From Actinomycetes bacterium (GTDB lineage Bacteria > Actinomycetota > Actinomycetes > Jiangellales > Jiangellaceae), in the NCBI GenBank assembly GCA_021793295.1, contig JAJYTA010000004.1, positions 442 through 64,441 on the forward strand: a DNA stretch of 64,000 nucleotides, in the 5' to 3' direction. Each line of letters opens with the position of its first letter. Within the stretch, counting starts at the first letter, position 1. Both the position numbers and the translations under genes were made by a program. This document shows, in pieces, positions 50,911-60,794 of this stretch. A model generated the notes under the pieces. It was not told the DNA's origin. It searched no databases and was given only the letters and a program-made list of their open reading frames with translations.

Positions 50911-52860
50911 TCACAGCAGCCCGGGCAACAGCGGCAGCCCTGGCAGCTCCAAGCCCAGGTCAGGCAGGGCCAGCTCGTCCAGGATGTCGCTGATCTGCTC
51001 CGGCAGCTCCGGCAGGCCGGGGATCCAGCCGGAGTCGATGATCATCACTCCGGTGCTCACCTCGGCCGGTTCCGCCTCGTCGACGTCCCAACTCGCGCCG
51101 GGGCTGGAGTCGTACATCGGCTCCTCGGGCGGAACGTCACCCTCGGCCAACGGCCAGACCACACCCCGGAACCGGCCCGCCTCGGCATAGCCGACGAACC
51201 CGTAGTCGACGGACTCGCCCTTCACCGCGGCCTTACCGTCCGGCGTGATCACCAGCCACTCGAGGTTCGTCGACAGCAGGGTGCGCGTCCCGTCGTCGGT
51301 CGGGACCTCCAGCGCAACGGACCCCAACGGCCGGGTCGAACTGGCCGCCGGGTACTTCGCCACCGCGGCGAAGACGGCATCGTCGAGCGTTCCGGCCCCG
51401 GTGAGCAGGCCGGCCCGGGGGTCGTAGACGACGACCATGGCCGAGGCGCTGTCCGAACCCCCGTCGTCATCGGTGACGGTGATGTCGACGGTGTACATGC
51501 CGGCGTCATCGAAGGCATGAGCGACGTCGCACGAGCCGTCCTGCGCCTCGAATTCCGACTCGCTGCCATCGTCCCAGGTGACCGTGCAGGTGTGCGTGTC
51601 GTTCGCGCCGGGGTCGGTGAACGACGCGGCGATCTCCACGTCGTCCTCGACCCGATACAGGTCCCACTCCTGCGGACCCTCCAGGCTCAGCGTGGGTGCG
51701 ACGTTGTCCAGCGTGACGATCGCGCTGTCGCTCACCGGTGGGTTCACGCCGTCGTCCGCGGTGAGAGTGACCAGGAACTCGCCGTCATCGGTACAGGTGA
51801 TGTCGGTCTTCGGGTTCGCGGGGTCGGAGAACTCGCAGCTCGCGCCCTCGTCGACGCCTTCGCGCGGTTCGTAGGTCCACTGCGTGTCCGGCACGCCGTG
51901 GTCGTCGGCGGCATAGCCGTCCAGCGTGACCGGGGCGCCTTCGTCGCCGCTGACGTCCGGGCCTGCGTTGACCACCGGGAGGAGATCCTCGGGAATCTCC
52001 TCACCCGGGCCGGTCGGCCATTGGCTCGAACCGCCGCCACCACCGCCGCCCCAGTTGCATTCGTGTTCGTACACGTCGCCGATGCCTTGGACGTCTTCCC
52101 ACGGGATGTTGGGCCGGTCGGCCTCCAAGTCCCAGGTGGGGCCACCGATGATGGGCGTGGCCGCATACTGCGCGTGGCACCACAGCTGCTTGAACAGCGA
52201 TTCGAGCTGGTCCTCGGTGAGGTCGTCGGGGAACGGCGTGCGCGAGGTCAGCTCGTCCCACATGGCCTCGGCGTTGTCACCGTCGAGCTGGACGGCGTCT
52301 TCGGTCGGGTACATCGTCGCCGTCACGGCCTTGCCGGTCAGCGACTCGTCCATGTAGATGCTGGTGTGGAAGAAGAATTCCGCGTCGGGGTCGTGGGAGT
52401 AGCTGCCCATCCAGTCCTGCTGGAACTCGCCCCCGTACTCCGGCAGGTCCGAGCCCTCCTCGTGCACCCAGACGTACCACTCCATCTCCTTGATGTGCTC
52501 CCAGGCCTGCCCCGTCCGCACGCCGTGGGCCTTGAACGGGAAGAACCAGCTGCAGTCCTCGCCGGCGTCCCAGGAGCTGACGCCCTCGCCTTCGACGTCC
52601 CAGGTCAGCGCCACCACCAGACCGTCGTTGCACCAGTCGAGAACGTCGAAAGAGTTGACACCGGTCGTGGACGTGCCGGTATGGAAGCCGTGCAGCCCCG
52701 AGTTGAAATGCGCGACCGCCACCCGGTCACCGTCGTCGTCACGCACGCTCTCTTCGCTGGTGGCCGCGCTCGCCGTCGTCATCGCGGCGCCGGGCACGAG
52801 CACACCTGCGGTCAATCCGACGACCGCCGCCAACGCACCGGCCCGCAGCTTGCCCGACAT
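50911..52860 (-). CDS. Secreted protein with DUF2599-like domain and PKD/Ig repeats
   Basis: Signal peptide; QLWCHA..TWDLEADRP; VNAGPD, WDDG and YTVDITVTDDDGG PKD motifs. Confidence 0.75.
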   Translation of the reverse strand: MSGKLRAGALAAVVGLTAGVLVPGAAMTTASAATSEESVRDDDGDRVAVAHFNSGLHGFHTGTSTTGVNSFDVLDWCNDGLVVALTWDVEGEGVSSWDAGEDCSWFFPFKAHGVRTGQAWEHIKEMEWYVWVHEEGSDLPEYGGEFQQDWMGSYSHDPDAEFFFHTSIYMDESLTGKAVTATMYPTEDAVQLDGDNAEAMWDELTSRTPFPDDLTEDQLESLFKQLWCHAQYAATPIIGGPTWDLEADRPNIPWEDVQGIGDVYEHECNWGGGGGGGSSQWPTGPGEEIPEDLLPVVNAGPDVSGDEGAPVTLDGYAADDHGVPDTQWTYEPREGVDEGASCEFSDPANPKTDITCTDDGEFLVTLTADDGVNPPVSDSAIVTLDNVAPTLSLEGPQEWDLYRVEDDVEIAASFTDPGANDTHTCTVTWDDGSESEFEAQDGSCDVAHAFDDAGMYTVDITVTDDDGGSDSASAMVVVYDPRAGLLTGAGTLDDAVFAAVAKYPAASSTRPLGSVALEVPTDDGTRTLLSTNLEWLVITPDGKAAVKGESVDYGFVGYAEAGRFRGVVWPLAEGDVPPEEPMYDSSPGASWDVDEAEPAEVSTGVMIIDSGWIPGLPELPEQISDILDELALPDLGLELPGLPLLPGLL

Positions 52861-52955
52861 TCGCCCTCCACGTTTTCGGGATCAACGCGGAGCACTCTGA
52901 CACAACCGGACAAGTGGTGTGTGCCGTTTTCCGGAATTCGCTGCCGGAAGTCCGC

Positions 52956-53963
52956 TCAGAGTGCGTTCAGTCCGGGCACCAGGTGCAGCAGCCAGTAGCA
53001 GCAGGCGGCGACCAGCCCGGCCATCGGGATCGTGAGCACCCACGCGGTGACGATGTTGCCCGCCACGCCCCAGCGCACGGCCGACATCCGGCGGGTCGCC
53101 CCGACACCCATGACCGCCGAGGTGATCGTGTGGGTTGTGGAGATAGGGGCGTGGAAGGCGAAAGCGGTGGTGTAGAGCACGCCCGCAGCGACGGATTCCG
53201 CTGCGAATCCGTGGGGCGGTTCGAGATGGACGATCCGGCGTCCCAGGGTCCGCATGATGCGCCACCCACCGGCATAGGTGCCGGCGGCCAGCGCGGTGGC
53301 GGCCAGAACGATCACCCACCACTGGACGTGAAAGCCGCTCTGGTAGCCGCCGACCACGAGCGCCAGTGTGATGACGCCCATCGTCTTCTGTGCGTCCTGC
53401 AGTCCGTGACCCAGCGCCATGGCGGCGGCGCTGGCTGTCTGCGCGATCCGGAAGCCGCGGTTGACCCGGCCGACGTGCGCGCGGCGGAACGCCCACTGGA
53501 TCCCCGTCATGACGAAGAAGGCCAGCACGAAACCGACCACTGGCGACAGGATCATCGGGATGACGACCTTGTCCACGATCCCCGACCAGAGCACGTTGTT
53601 CAGCGACGCCAGCGCCGCGCCGATCAACCCGCCGATCAAGGCGTGCGACGACGACGATGGCAGACCGAACCACCAGGTGATGAGATTCCAGGCGATGGCA
53701 CCGACCAATGCGGACAAGACGACCAACAAGCCGCCGTCACCGGTCGGTGCCTCGATGATTCCCTCACCGATGGTGGTGGCCACCCCGGTGCCCAGAAATG
53801 CCCCGATCAGATTCATCACGGCGGCCATGATCAATGCCGCCCGCGGGGTCAGCGCGAGCGTTGACACCGATGTCGCGATGGCGTTTGCGGCGTCGTGGAA
53901 TCCATTCGTGTAGTCGAAGGAAAGAGCCACCACGATGACCGCGAGGATGAGCGCGAGCTCCAC
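52956..53963 (-). CDS. pit: Inorganic phosphate transporter (PiT)
   Basis: GFHDAANA and HGLQDAQK signatures, PSSSSHA. Confidence 0.96.
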   Translation of the reverse strand: MELALILAVIVVALSFDYTNGFHDAANAIATSVSTLALTPRAALIMAAVMNLIGAFLGTGVATTIGEGIIEAPTGDGGLLVVLSALVGAIAWNLITWWFGLPSSSSHALIGGLIGAALASLNNVLWSGIVDKVVIPMILSPVVGFVLAFFVMTGIQWAFRRAHVGRVNRGFRIAQTASAAAMALGHGLQDAQKTMGVITLALVVGGYQSGFHVQWWVIVLAATALAAGTYAGGWRIMRTLGRRIVHLEPPHGFAAESVAAGVLYTTAFAFHAPISTTHTITSAVMGVGATRRMSAVRWGVAGNIVTAWVLTIPMAGLVAACCYWLLHLVPGLNAL

Positions 53964-53966
53964 GGA

Positions 53967-54578
53967 TCAGGACCCCTTGACCGCGATCTGCTCGACGATG
54001 TTGGCGACGGTCTCATAGCCGTCCACCGCAGCCTCCATCGTGTCGACCACATCTTTGAGTTTGACCACCGTGAGCGCGTCGTACTCACCGGTGAACAGCG
54101 TCGCCAGCAGCCGCCGGTAGGTCTGGTCCGCTTGGTTCTCCAGCCGGTTGACCTCGATCCAGTAATCGCTGAGCTCACCGGCCGTACGCAGGCGCGGCAT
54201 GGCATCAGCGGTCAGTTCGGCCGCCCGGTTCAACACGTCCACCAGTTCGCCGACGCCGGTGGGCAACTCGACGACGCGGTACAGCACCATCAGGTCCAGT
54301 GCCGCCTCGACGGCGTCGAGGACGTCGTCGAGCCCACTGGCCAGCCGGTAGATGTCCTCACGGTCGAAGGGGGTGACGAACGTGGAGTTCACCCGCCGGA
54401 TGATCTCGTGGGTGTGTTCGTCGCCTTGGTGTTCCACCTCCTTCAACTGGGCGGCGAGAGACGGCCGGTCGGCCCCGGAATCCAGCGCTTCCGACAGCAA
54501 TCCGACGCCGTCGCGGACATTACGTGCGGCCGCGGCGAACAGGTCGAAGAAGGCGTTGTCGCGTGGGGACAGGCGCAC
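53967..54578 (-). CDS. DUF47 PhoU-like Pit accessory protein
   Basis: EHQGD, TPFDREDI, LENQAD; GTG after AAGGAG. Confidence 0.93.
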   Translation of the reverse strand: MRLSPRDNAFFDLFAAAARNVRDGVGLLSEALDSGADRPSLAAQLKEVEHQGDEHTHEIIRRVNSTFVTPFDREDIYRLASGLDDVLDAVEAALDLMVLYRVVELPTGVGELVDVLNRAAELTADAMPRLRTAGELSDYWIEVNRLENQADQTYRRLLATLFTGEYDALTVVKLKDVVDTMEAAVDGYETVANIVEQIAVKGS

Positions 54579-54673
54579 GAGGCTCCTTATGCCGTGAAAC
54601 AAAGCGAACGGACGGCATGCTAGACGGTGAACAGGTGTGACGCGCGACACGCATGTCCATTGACGTCAAATGA

Positions 54674-56239
54674 TCACCATGTGGGGAGTGGGAGGAATTC
54701 GGGCGGACCGGCCGTCGGCCACCACACGTCGCCGTAAGACTCCCACGACAACACCAACAGGCACACCCCGAGCACGAGGACGGTCACCGGCGCCCACACC
54801 GCCCGTGGCATGCGATTCAGCGGCTCGACGGCGATCTTGAGCCCACGCCGGCTGCGAACCCCACCTGGACCCCACCACACCAGCGCCGTGGTGACGACGG
54901 CACCGGCGAGGTACGGCCCGCGTAGTCCGGACCCGTCCCACAAGGCGACCAGCGACCCGGTGGCCAGCCCGCAGGCCAGCGCGAAGATCGCCTGTCCCAG
55001 CGCCGGCAGCACCGCGCCCAGCACGTCCCACGGCGCGGCCAGCACCGCCAGCCAGCGATCGTTGCGGCGGGTACCCCGCACCTTGCGCCGCTCGTACAGC
55101 CGTCGTTCGATCCGCCACCCGGTCCGCCCGGCCAGCAAGGTCACGACGGTAGCCGCAGCGCCGACGACCGGCGCCCAGCCGAGCAGGAGCACGAGGACGA
55201 CGCCACCGAGCGCGAGCACGACGGAGGCGGCATGCCCGCCCAGGGCGAGACCGCCGCCGGTGGCTGCCGGCCGAGGAGGCGGCGGCTGTGGTGGAGGTTG
55301 CGCGACCGGGCGGGGCCGCTCGGGCGGCGGGACCCTGAGGGCGGCGGTCTCGTCGGTGGCCTCCAGGTCCGCGGCACGCTCGGCCGGTACCGCCGCCGGG
55401 GGCGCGGGCGGCATGGCGAGCGTCTCGGCCGCATCCGGGCGGGCCAGCGCGTCGATGGCCGTGAGCACGGCTTCGGTGCCCGGCCGGGTGGCTGGATCGA
55501 CGCGCAGCGCGCTCGACAGGACGCCGGCCAGCCCGGGCTCCACGCCGGTGAGGTCGTGCTCACCACGGCGGACGCGGTCGAAGACCGCGATATCGGGGCC
55601 GTGGCCGTACGGCGGGCGCCCGGTAGCGGCGAAGACCATGGTCGCCGCCCAGCCGTGCAGGTCGGTCGCGGCGGTCGGGTCGCGGCCGAGGACGGTCTCC
55701 GGCGCCAGGTAACCGGGGGTTCCGGAGATGAAGCCGGTCGCGGTGAGCCGGGTGTCGTCAGCGGCGTGCGCGATGCCGAAGTCGATGAGCACGGGGCCGT
55801 CGTCTGACATGAGCACGTTGGCGGGCTTCACGTCGCGGTGGACGACCCCGGCGGCGTGCACGCTGCGCAGGGCCTCCAGCAGTCCGCGCGCCAAGTCCAG
55901 TAGCGCCGGGCCACGCAGCGGCCCGGACTCGCCGACCAGCCGAGTCAGCGGTACCCCGTCGACGTAGCGCGTGACGACGTACGGCGGGTCGGCGGTGATG
56001 TCGGCGTCGATGACCTCGGCGATGCGCCGGCCGCGGACGCGCCGCAGCGTCGCCACCTCGCGTTCGAACCGGCGGCGTCCGTCCGTGCCGCCCACCAGCC
56101 ACGGGCGCAACGTCTTGACCGAGACCCGCGACCCGTCGGGGGCAGTTGCGAGATACACCACGCCCATGCCGCCTTCGCCGATCTGCTCGGCGATGCGATA
56201 TGGCCCGATCTTGGCCACTTCGGACGGCAATGTGTTCAC
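54674..56239 (-). CDS. Ser/Thr protein kinase with C-terminal TM segments
   Basis: GEGGMGVVY, HRDVKPAN, DFG and GTPGYLAPE; Pro-rich linker. Confidence 0.93.
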   Translation of the reverse strand: MNTLPSEVAKIGPYRIAEQIGEGGMGVVYLATAPDGSRVSVKTLRPWLVGGTDGRRRFEREVATLRRVRGRRIAEVIDADITADPPYVVTRYVDGVPLTRLVGESGPLRGPALLDLARGLLEALRSVHAAGVVHRDVKPANVLMSDDGPVLIDFGIAHAADDTRLTATGFISGTPGYLAPETVLGRDPTAATDLHGWAATMVFAATGRPPYGHGPDIAVFDRVRRGEHDLTGVEPGLAGVLSSALRVDPATRPGTEAVLTAIDALARPDAAETLAMPPAPPAAVPAERAADLEATDETAALRVPPPERPRPVAQPPPQPPPPRPAATGGGLALGGHAASVVLALGGVVLVLLLGWAPVVGAAATVVTLLAGRTGWRIERRLYERRKVRGTRRNDRWLAVLAAPWDVLGAVLPALGQAIFALACGLATGSLVALWDGSGLRGPYLAGAVVTTALVWWGPGGVRSRRGLKIAVEPLNRMPRAVWAPVTVLVLGVCLLVLSWESYGDVWWPTAGPPEFLPLPTW

Positions 56240-56462
56240 CCCACGACGGTAGCTCAGGGACCCGCCTCACCATCGAATTCGCGCCACGGAGCGAATCTGC
56301 TGGGTGGACGGCGCGCGGTCTGCTATTGCTTGTACTTGACGGTGATCATGGGGGCTCGCGTGCGCACGTCTCGCGAGTTGTTGGGGAAGGACGACCCGGA
56401 TGGGGAGCCAGGGGGCGACGGCTCGGCGCGACCGCGCGCAGACAGCTCGGTCGGTGCCCCGG

Positions 56463-57221
56463 ATGCGCCGTCCGGCCAGTCCATTGGTACCCGAGGCGCT
56501 GGGCCGCGCGGTCAATCGCAGCGATCGTCTGGACGCGCTGACCCGGGAGTTGCGGGCGGCCGGGGGCGACGGGCGTACGTCGGCGTGGCTCGCCGAGCGG
56601 CTGGGCGTCTCGGCTCGCACGGTCAAGCGCGACGTCACCGCGTTGCAACAGGCCGGTGTCCCGATCAAGGCCGCCAGCGGTCCGCAGGGCGGCTACTCCC
56701 TCGCCGACGTTCCCGGCGCGGGTTCGGGTGGGCTCACCACCGACGAGGCGATCGCCGTCGTGGTCGCGCTGCAGGCCACACCTGACCAGCCGTTCGCCGC
56801 GGCGGGACGGGGGGCGGTGTCCAAGATCTTGCGATCGCTGAGCCCGGGCGAGCGGGCCGAGGTCGCGCGGGTGGCCGAACGCATCTGGATCCGGCCGGGT
56901 GAACCCACCCCGACGGCTGAGGACACCGTTCGCGACGTGCTCACGCGGGCGGCACGCGAATGTCGCGTCGTGGTGCTCGACTACGATCCTGGCGACGGTT
57001 CAGCGGCTCTGACGCTGCAGGTCGAGTCTCTTGGCTTCGCTCACTCCCGAGGGCAGTGGTTCGCGCTGATGTGGTGCCGCGAGCTCGAAGGCGGGCGGTG
57101 GCTGCGGCTCGACCAGATCGCGGCGGTGCAACTCACCCACGAGACCTACGAGCCGCGGGACGTACGCGACGTCTTCGGACCCGGCGCCGGGTCGGCCGAC
57201 GCCCCGCACGATCACCGCTGA
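56463..57221 (+). CDS. HTH-WYL (YafY-like) regulator
   Basis: LAERLGVSARTVKRDV, GPQGGY, WYL-like WFALMWCR..RWLRLDQI; start uncertain. Confidence 0.85.
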   Translation: MRRPASPLVPEALGRAVNRSDRLDALTRELRAAGGDGRTSAWLAERLGVSARTVKRDVTALQQAGVPIKAASGPQGGYSLADVPGAGSGGLTTDEAIAVVVALQATPDQPFAAAGRGAVSKILRSLSPGERAEVARVAERIWIRPGEPTPTAEDTVRDVLTRAARECRVVVLDYDPGDGSAALTLQVESLGFAHSRGQWFALMWCRELEGGRWLRLDQIAAVQLTHETYEPRDVRDVFGPGAGSADAPHDHR

Positions 57222-57230
57222 CGGCAGCGC

Positions 57231-58265
57231 TCAACGCCGCAGCGGCGCTCGAGCGAACTCGGCGATGCCCTCGGCGAAACCGATCTCGGCCTCGAACCCG
57301 ATGGCCTCGGCCGCCCGCTGCGGTGAGGCCACCACGTGGCGAACGTCGCCCAGCCGGTACTCGCCGGTGACCTGCGCGGCCGGAGCGTCGGCACCGAAGG
57401 CGGCGCACAGCGCCTGAGCCATGTCCAGGACGCTGTGCGGCTGCCCGCTGGCCACGTTCAGCGCGCCGGTCCAGGAGGACTCCAGGGCCAGGACGTTGGC
57501 GCGGGCGACGTCGCGCACGTGAACGAAATCGCGCATCTGGCCGCCGTCCTCGAACACTTTCGGCGCGGACCCGGCCTCCAGGGCGCTGCGGAACAGGGAA
57601 GCGACGCCGGCGTAGGGCGTGTCCCGGGGCATCCGCGGGCCGTAGACGTTGTGGTAGCGCAGCGCGCACACCGCGGCGCCGGTCTCGCGGGCGTACACAC
57701 TGGCCAGGTGCTCGGTGTGCACCTTGGTCGCGGCGTAGACGTTGCGCGGGTCGGCCGGCGCGTCCTCGTCGATCCGAGCCCAGCTCAGCGCCGCGCCGCA
57801 CTGGGGGCACGGCGGATCGAACCGGCCGGCGTCGAGGTCGGCCGCCGACCGGGGGCCGGGCCGCGTGTCTGCGTGAGTTTCACACGTGTAGCGGCCCTCG
57901 CCGTACACGACCATCGACGACGCCACCACCAGCCGGCCGGCGAAGCGGCGCCGCCACAGCGCACGCAACAACGTCGCGGTGCCCAGGTCGTTGTCGGCGA
58001 CATAGGCGCGCACGTCGTCGAGGTCCACCCCCAAGCCGACGCGCGCAGCCTGGTGGCACACGGCATCGACGCCGTCGACGGCTCGCGCCATGGCGTCCTC
58101 GTCGTTGATGTCCACGGTGCGCAGATCGACCCCGGACGGCAACACAGGTGATTCGTCGTGCGCCACGAGTGAGTCGACCACCACCACGTCGGCGCCACGG
58201 TCGACGAGCAGGTCGACGACATGCCCGCCGATGAATCCCGCTCCTCCGGTCACGAGTACTCGCAT
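57231..58265 (-). CDS. NAD-dependent epimerase/dehydratase with Cys-rich insert
   Basis: TGGAGFIG, SS, YAATK, RYHNVYG, RDFVHV. Confidence 0.92.
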   Translation of the reverse strand: MRVLVTGGAGFIGGHVVDLLVDRGADVVVVDSLVAHDESPVLPSGVDLRTVDINDEDAMARAVDGVDAVCHQAARVGLGVDLDDVRAYVADNDLGTATLLRALWRRRFAGRLVVASSMVVYGEGRYTCETHADTRPGPRSAADLDAGRFDPPCPQCGAALSWARIDEDAPADPRNVYAATKVHTEHLASVYARETGAAVCALRYHNVYGPRMPRDTPYAGVASLFRSALEAGSAPKVFEDGGQMRDFVHVRDVARANVLALESSWTGALNVASGQPHSVLDMAQALCAAFGADAPAAQVTGEYRLGDVRHVVASPQRAAEAIGFEAEIGFAEGIAEFARAPLRR

Positions 58266-58287
58266 CGTCTCTCCTCCGTCGAACGTC

Positions 58288-59565
58288 TCACCACGGCGAG
58301 CGCAGCGCCGCCTGCAGCGCGACGGCCACCACGACCTGACTGGACAGCCACCAGCGCGCCGTCCGGGCGGGCTCGCCCACCGCGGCACCGGCCACCAGGA
58401 CCAGGGGCATGAACGGCTGCCAGATCCGTTCGGTCTCGGCCGAGGACAGCCCGGACACGTCGGCCAGCAGCACGACCGCCAGGCCCGACCCGACCACCAG
58501 CCAGGTCCGCAGGTCACGCAGGACCGCCAGACCGGCCGCCGTCGCGGGCCCGACGGCCACGGCGAACACCGCGAGATTCGCCACCACGAAGTAGTCGTGT
58601 GGACGAATCGCGCCGACTCCCGCGTAGTACTGCTGTTGAGTCACTTCGAGCCCGTCCAGCCACCAGTAGCCCACCAGCAGCGGCGCCAGAACCACCGCGG
58701 CTCCCGCGAGCGCGCAGGCCGCCAGGACCGCCCATCGCCGCCGCCACCCGGCGATCACCGCGATCGGCACGGCGAGCAAGGCCAAGCCGAACGACAGCAG
58801 CAAGGCCACCCCGAACACGGCACCGCCACCTACCGCGTACAGCACGCCGGCGCGGCCCGGGCGACCCGTTCCCAACACGATCAACGCCACCCCGGTCAAC
58901 GCGACACCGGCGAACACCACGTCGGCGTTCGTGTGCCAGACCGCGGCCGGGGCGAGCACCAGGAACGGCGCCGCAGCACGAGCCACCCGGTCGCCGGCGA
59001 CCTCACGCGTGATCACCAACGCCGAGACCGCCGCGGCGGCCACGCCGGACAACGCCAGCACGGTGTGAAAGCCGAGTCCGGTCAGCCCGGCCTGCTCGGC
59101 CGCCCACAACGCGGTGATCAGTCCCGGCGGGTGTGCCTGGAGGTGGACGGGCACGGAGTCCTGGTTCTGCACGTACCCGTCCAGGAAGGCGGCCAGGCCG
59201 CCGGCATCGTCCACCAGATGCGTGTGCTGCGCGTAGGCGTACTGGATGTCGCCGAACCCGGTGTCGCCGGGATCGACCACGGCCAGCGCAAGACTCCACA
59301 CCGCCGTGGCCACAGCCACGACCGCGAGCAGACGACGCCAGGGCAGCGTCGCCGCCAGCGGTGGCAGGACGGCGATCGCGGTAGCGCCGATCGCCACGGG
59401 CACCACCAGCCGCCACGTCAGTTCCGCCTCCCACCGGCCGTAGAACGGCACGGCGTAGACCTTGATGTCTTCTGCGGCCTCGCGGACGACGTCGAGACCC
59501 CAGTAGCGCGCGATCAGGATCAGCGCTGCCCAGAGGACCAGCGCGACGGCGACTCGGCGCCTCAC
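58288..59565 (-). CDS. Polytopic membrane protein, GT-C-like
   Basis: About 10 TM segments, HLQAHPPG loop, ETERIWQPF; GTG overlaps kinase stop. Confidence 0.65.
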   Translation of the reverse strand: MRRRVAVALVLWAALILIARYWGLDVVREAAEDIKVYAVPFYGRWEAELTWRLVVPVAIGATAIAVLPPLAATLPWRRLLAVVAVATAVWSLALAVVDPGDTGFGDIQYAYAQHTHLVDDAGGLAAFLDGYVQNQDSVPVHLQAHPPGLITALWAAEQAGLTGLGFHTVLALSGVAAAAVSALVITREVAGDRVARAAAPFLVLAPAAVWHTNADVVFAGVALTGVALIVLGTGRPGRAGVLYAVGGGAVFGVALLLSFGLALLAVPIAVIAGWRRRWAVLAACALAGAAVVLAPLLVGYWWLDGLEVTQQQYYAGVGAIRPHDYFVVANLAVFAVAVGPATAAGLAVLRDLRTWLVVGSGLAVVLLADVSGLSSAETERIWQPFMPLVLVAGAAVGEPARTARWWLSSQVVVAVALQAALRSPW

Positions 59566-60794
59566 GACGGCAGGCGGATGGTGAAGCAGCAACCCCGGTC
59601 CCGATTCGCCACTTCGACCGAACCGGAGTGTGCCTCCACCAGGCCTCGGACGATCGCCAGCCCGAGCCCGCCGCCGCCGGCGTCCCGGCCGCGCGCCGCG
59701 TCGCCACGGAAGGCCACGTCGAACACTCGCGTCAGTTCGGTCTCGGGGATGCCGCCGCACTCATCGACGACCTGCAGCACGACACCGTCGGGGTCGGTCC
59801 GCGACTCGACGACGACCCGGCCGCCGGGCGGGGTGTGCCGCACCGCGTTGTCGAGCAGATTGTCCAAGGCTCGGGTGAACTCGCGGGCCGAGACTTCGAC
59901 GTCGGGCAGCGCACCCACCTGTTCGACCAGCTCGACGTCCTTGACCGAGGCTCGCGTGGCGGCACCGGCCAAGGCATCGGCCACGACGTCGGCCAGACCG
60001 ACCATCTCGTCGCTGAGGCGCAGCGATCCACTGTTGATACGAGACAGCTCGAACAGGTCGTCGACCAGCGCCGTCAGCCGCTCGGCGTCGTCGCGGATCT
60101 GCCGGTGGTATCGCGCGACGGTGTCTTCGTCGTCGGCGATCTTGTCGTCGAGCGCCTCGGCCATCGCGCGGATCGTGGCCAGCGGGCTACGCAGGTCGTG
60201 CGACACCCAGGCGATGAGCTCTCGCCGCGACGCCTCGAGCGTGCGCTCCCGGCGGCGGGACTCGTCCAGCTCGGCCGAGACGTCGGCGAGCTCACGGGCC
60301 AGTGCGGCCAACTCACCCGGGCCGGTGACGTCGTCGGTCGCGGCCCCCAGCTGTACGTCGGCGTCGGCGTCCTCGGGGCGGTCGTCCACCATGGTCCGGG
60401 CGAGGTCGACCACCTGACGAGCGCCGGTGCCGATGTCGTCGCCGAGTTGCAGAGCCGCGCCGACGGCGACCGCCGCGGCCACCGACACCACCACGAACAG
60501 CGCGGCCAGGTCGTGAGTCGAGATGAACATCGCCCAGGCCGAGGCGACGATGCCGCTGACCGTCACGAGCAGCGACGACAACGCGACGACCAACGCCTGC
60601 GCCCGGACCGGCCGGCCGCGGATGGCCCGCAGCACGGTGGCTCCGACCGCGGCGGCCACGCCGGAGGCCAGCACGGTGACCGACACCAGAACGATGGTGT
60701 CGCCGGTGTCCAGCCCGACCGATGCGGCGATGCCGGCGGCCACGATGAGTCCGGCGGCCAGCACCGCCACGCTCCAGCCTTGTCGCGCGCTCAT
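59562..60794 (-). CDS. Sensor histidine kinase (no extracytoplasmic domain)
   Basis: SHDLRSPL H-box, NLLDNA, DECGG, GLGL; 3-4 N-terminal TMs. Confidence 0.95.
   Translation of the reverse strand: MSARQGWSVAVLAAGLIVAAGIAASVGLDTGDTIVLVSVTVLASGVAAAVGATVLRAIRGRPVRAQALVVALSSLLVTVSGIVASAWAMFISTHDLAALFVVVSVAAAVAVGAALQLGDDIGTGARQVVDLARTMVDDRPEDADADVQLGAATDDVTGPGELAALARELADVSAELDESRRRERTLEASRRELIAWVSHDLRSPLATIRAMAEALDDKIADDEDTVARYHRQIRDDAERLTALVDDLFELSRINSGSLRLSDEMVGLADVVADALAGAATRASVKDVELVEQVGALPDVEVSAREFTRALDNLLDNAVRHTPPGGRVVVESRTDPDGVVLQVVDECGGIPETELTRVFDVAFRGDAARGRDAGGGGLGLAIVRGLVEAHSGSVEVANRDRGCCFTIRLPS

Noticed and set aside
54615-54645. PHO box upstream of DUF47-pit
   Set aside because: Only one good GTTCACC half-site on the minus strand; its partner is 10 rather than 11 bp away.
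54668-54676. AAATGATCA as a second copy of the 24233 element end
   Set aside because: Only 9 bp match, with no partner arm or internal repeats.
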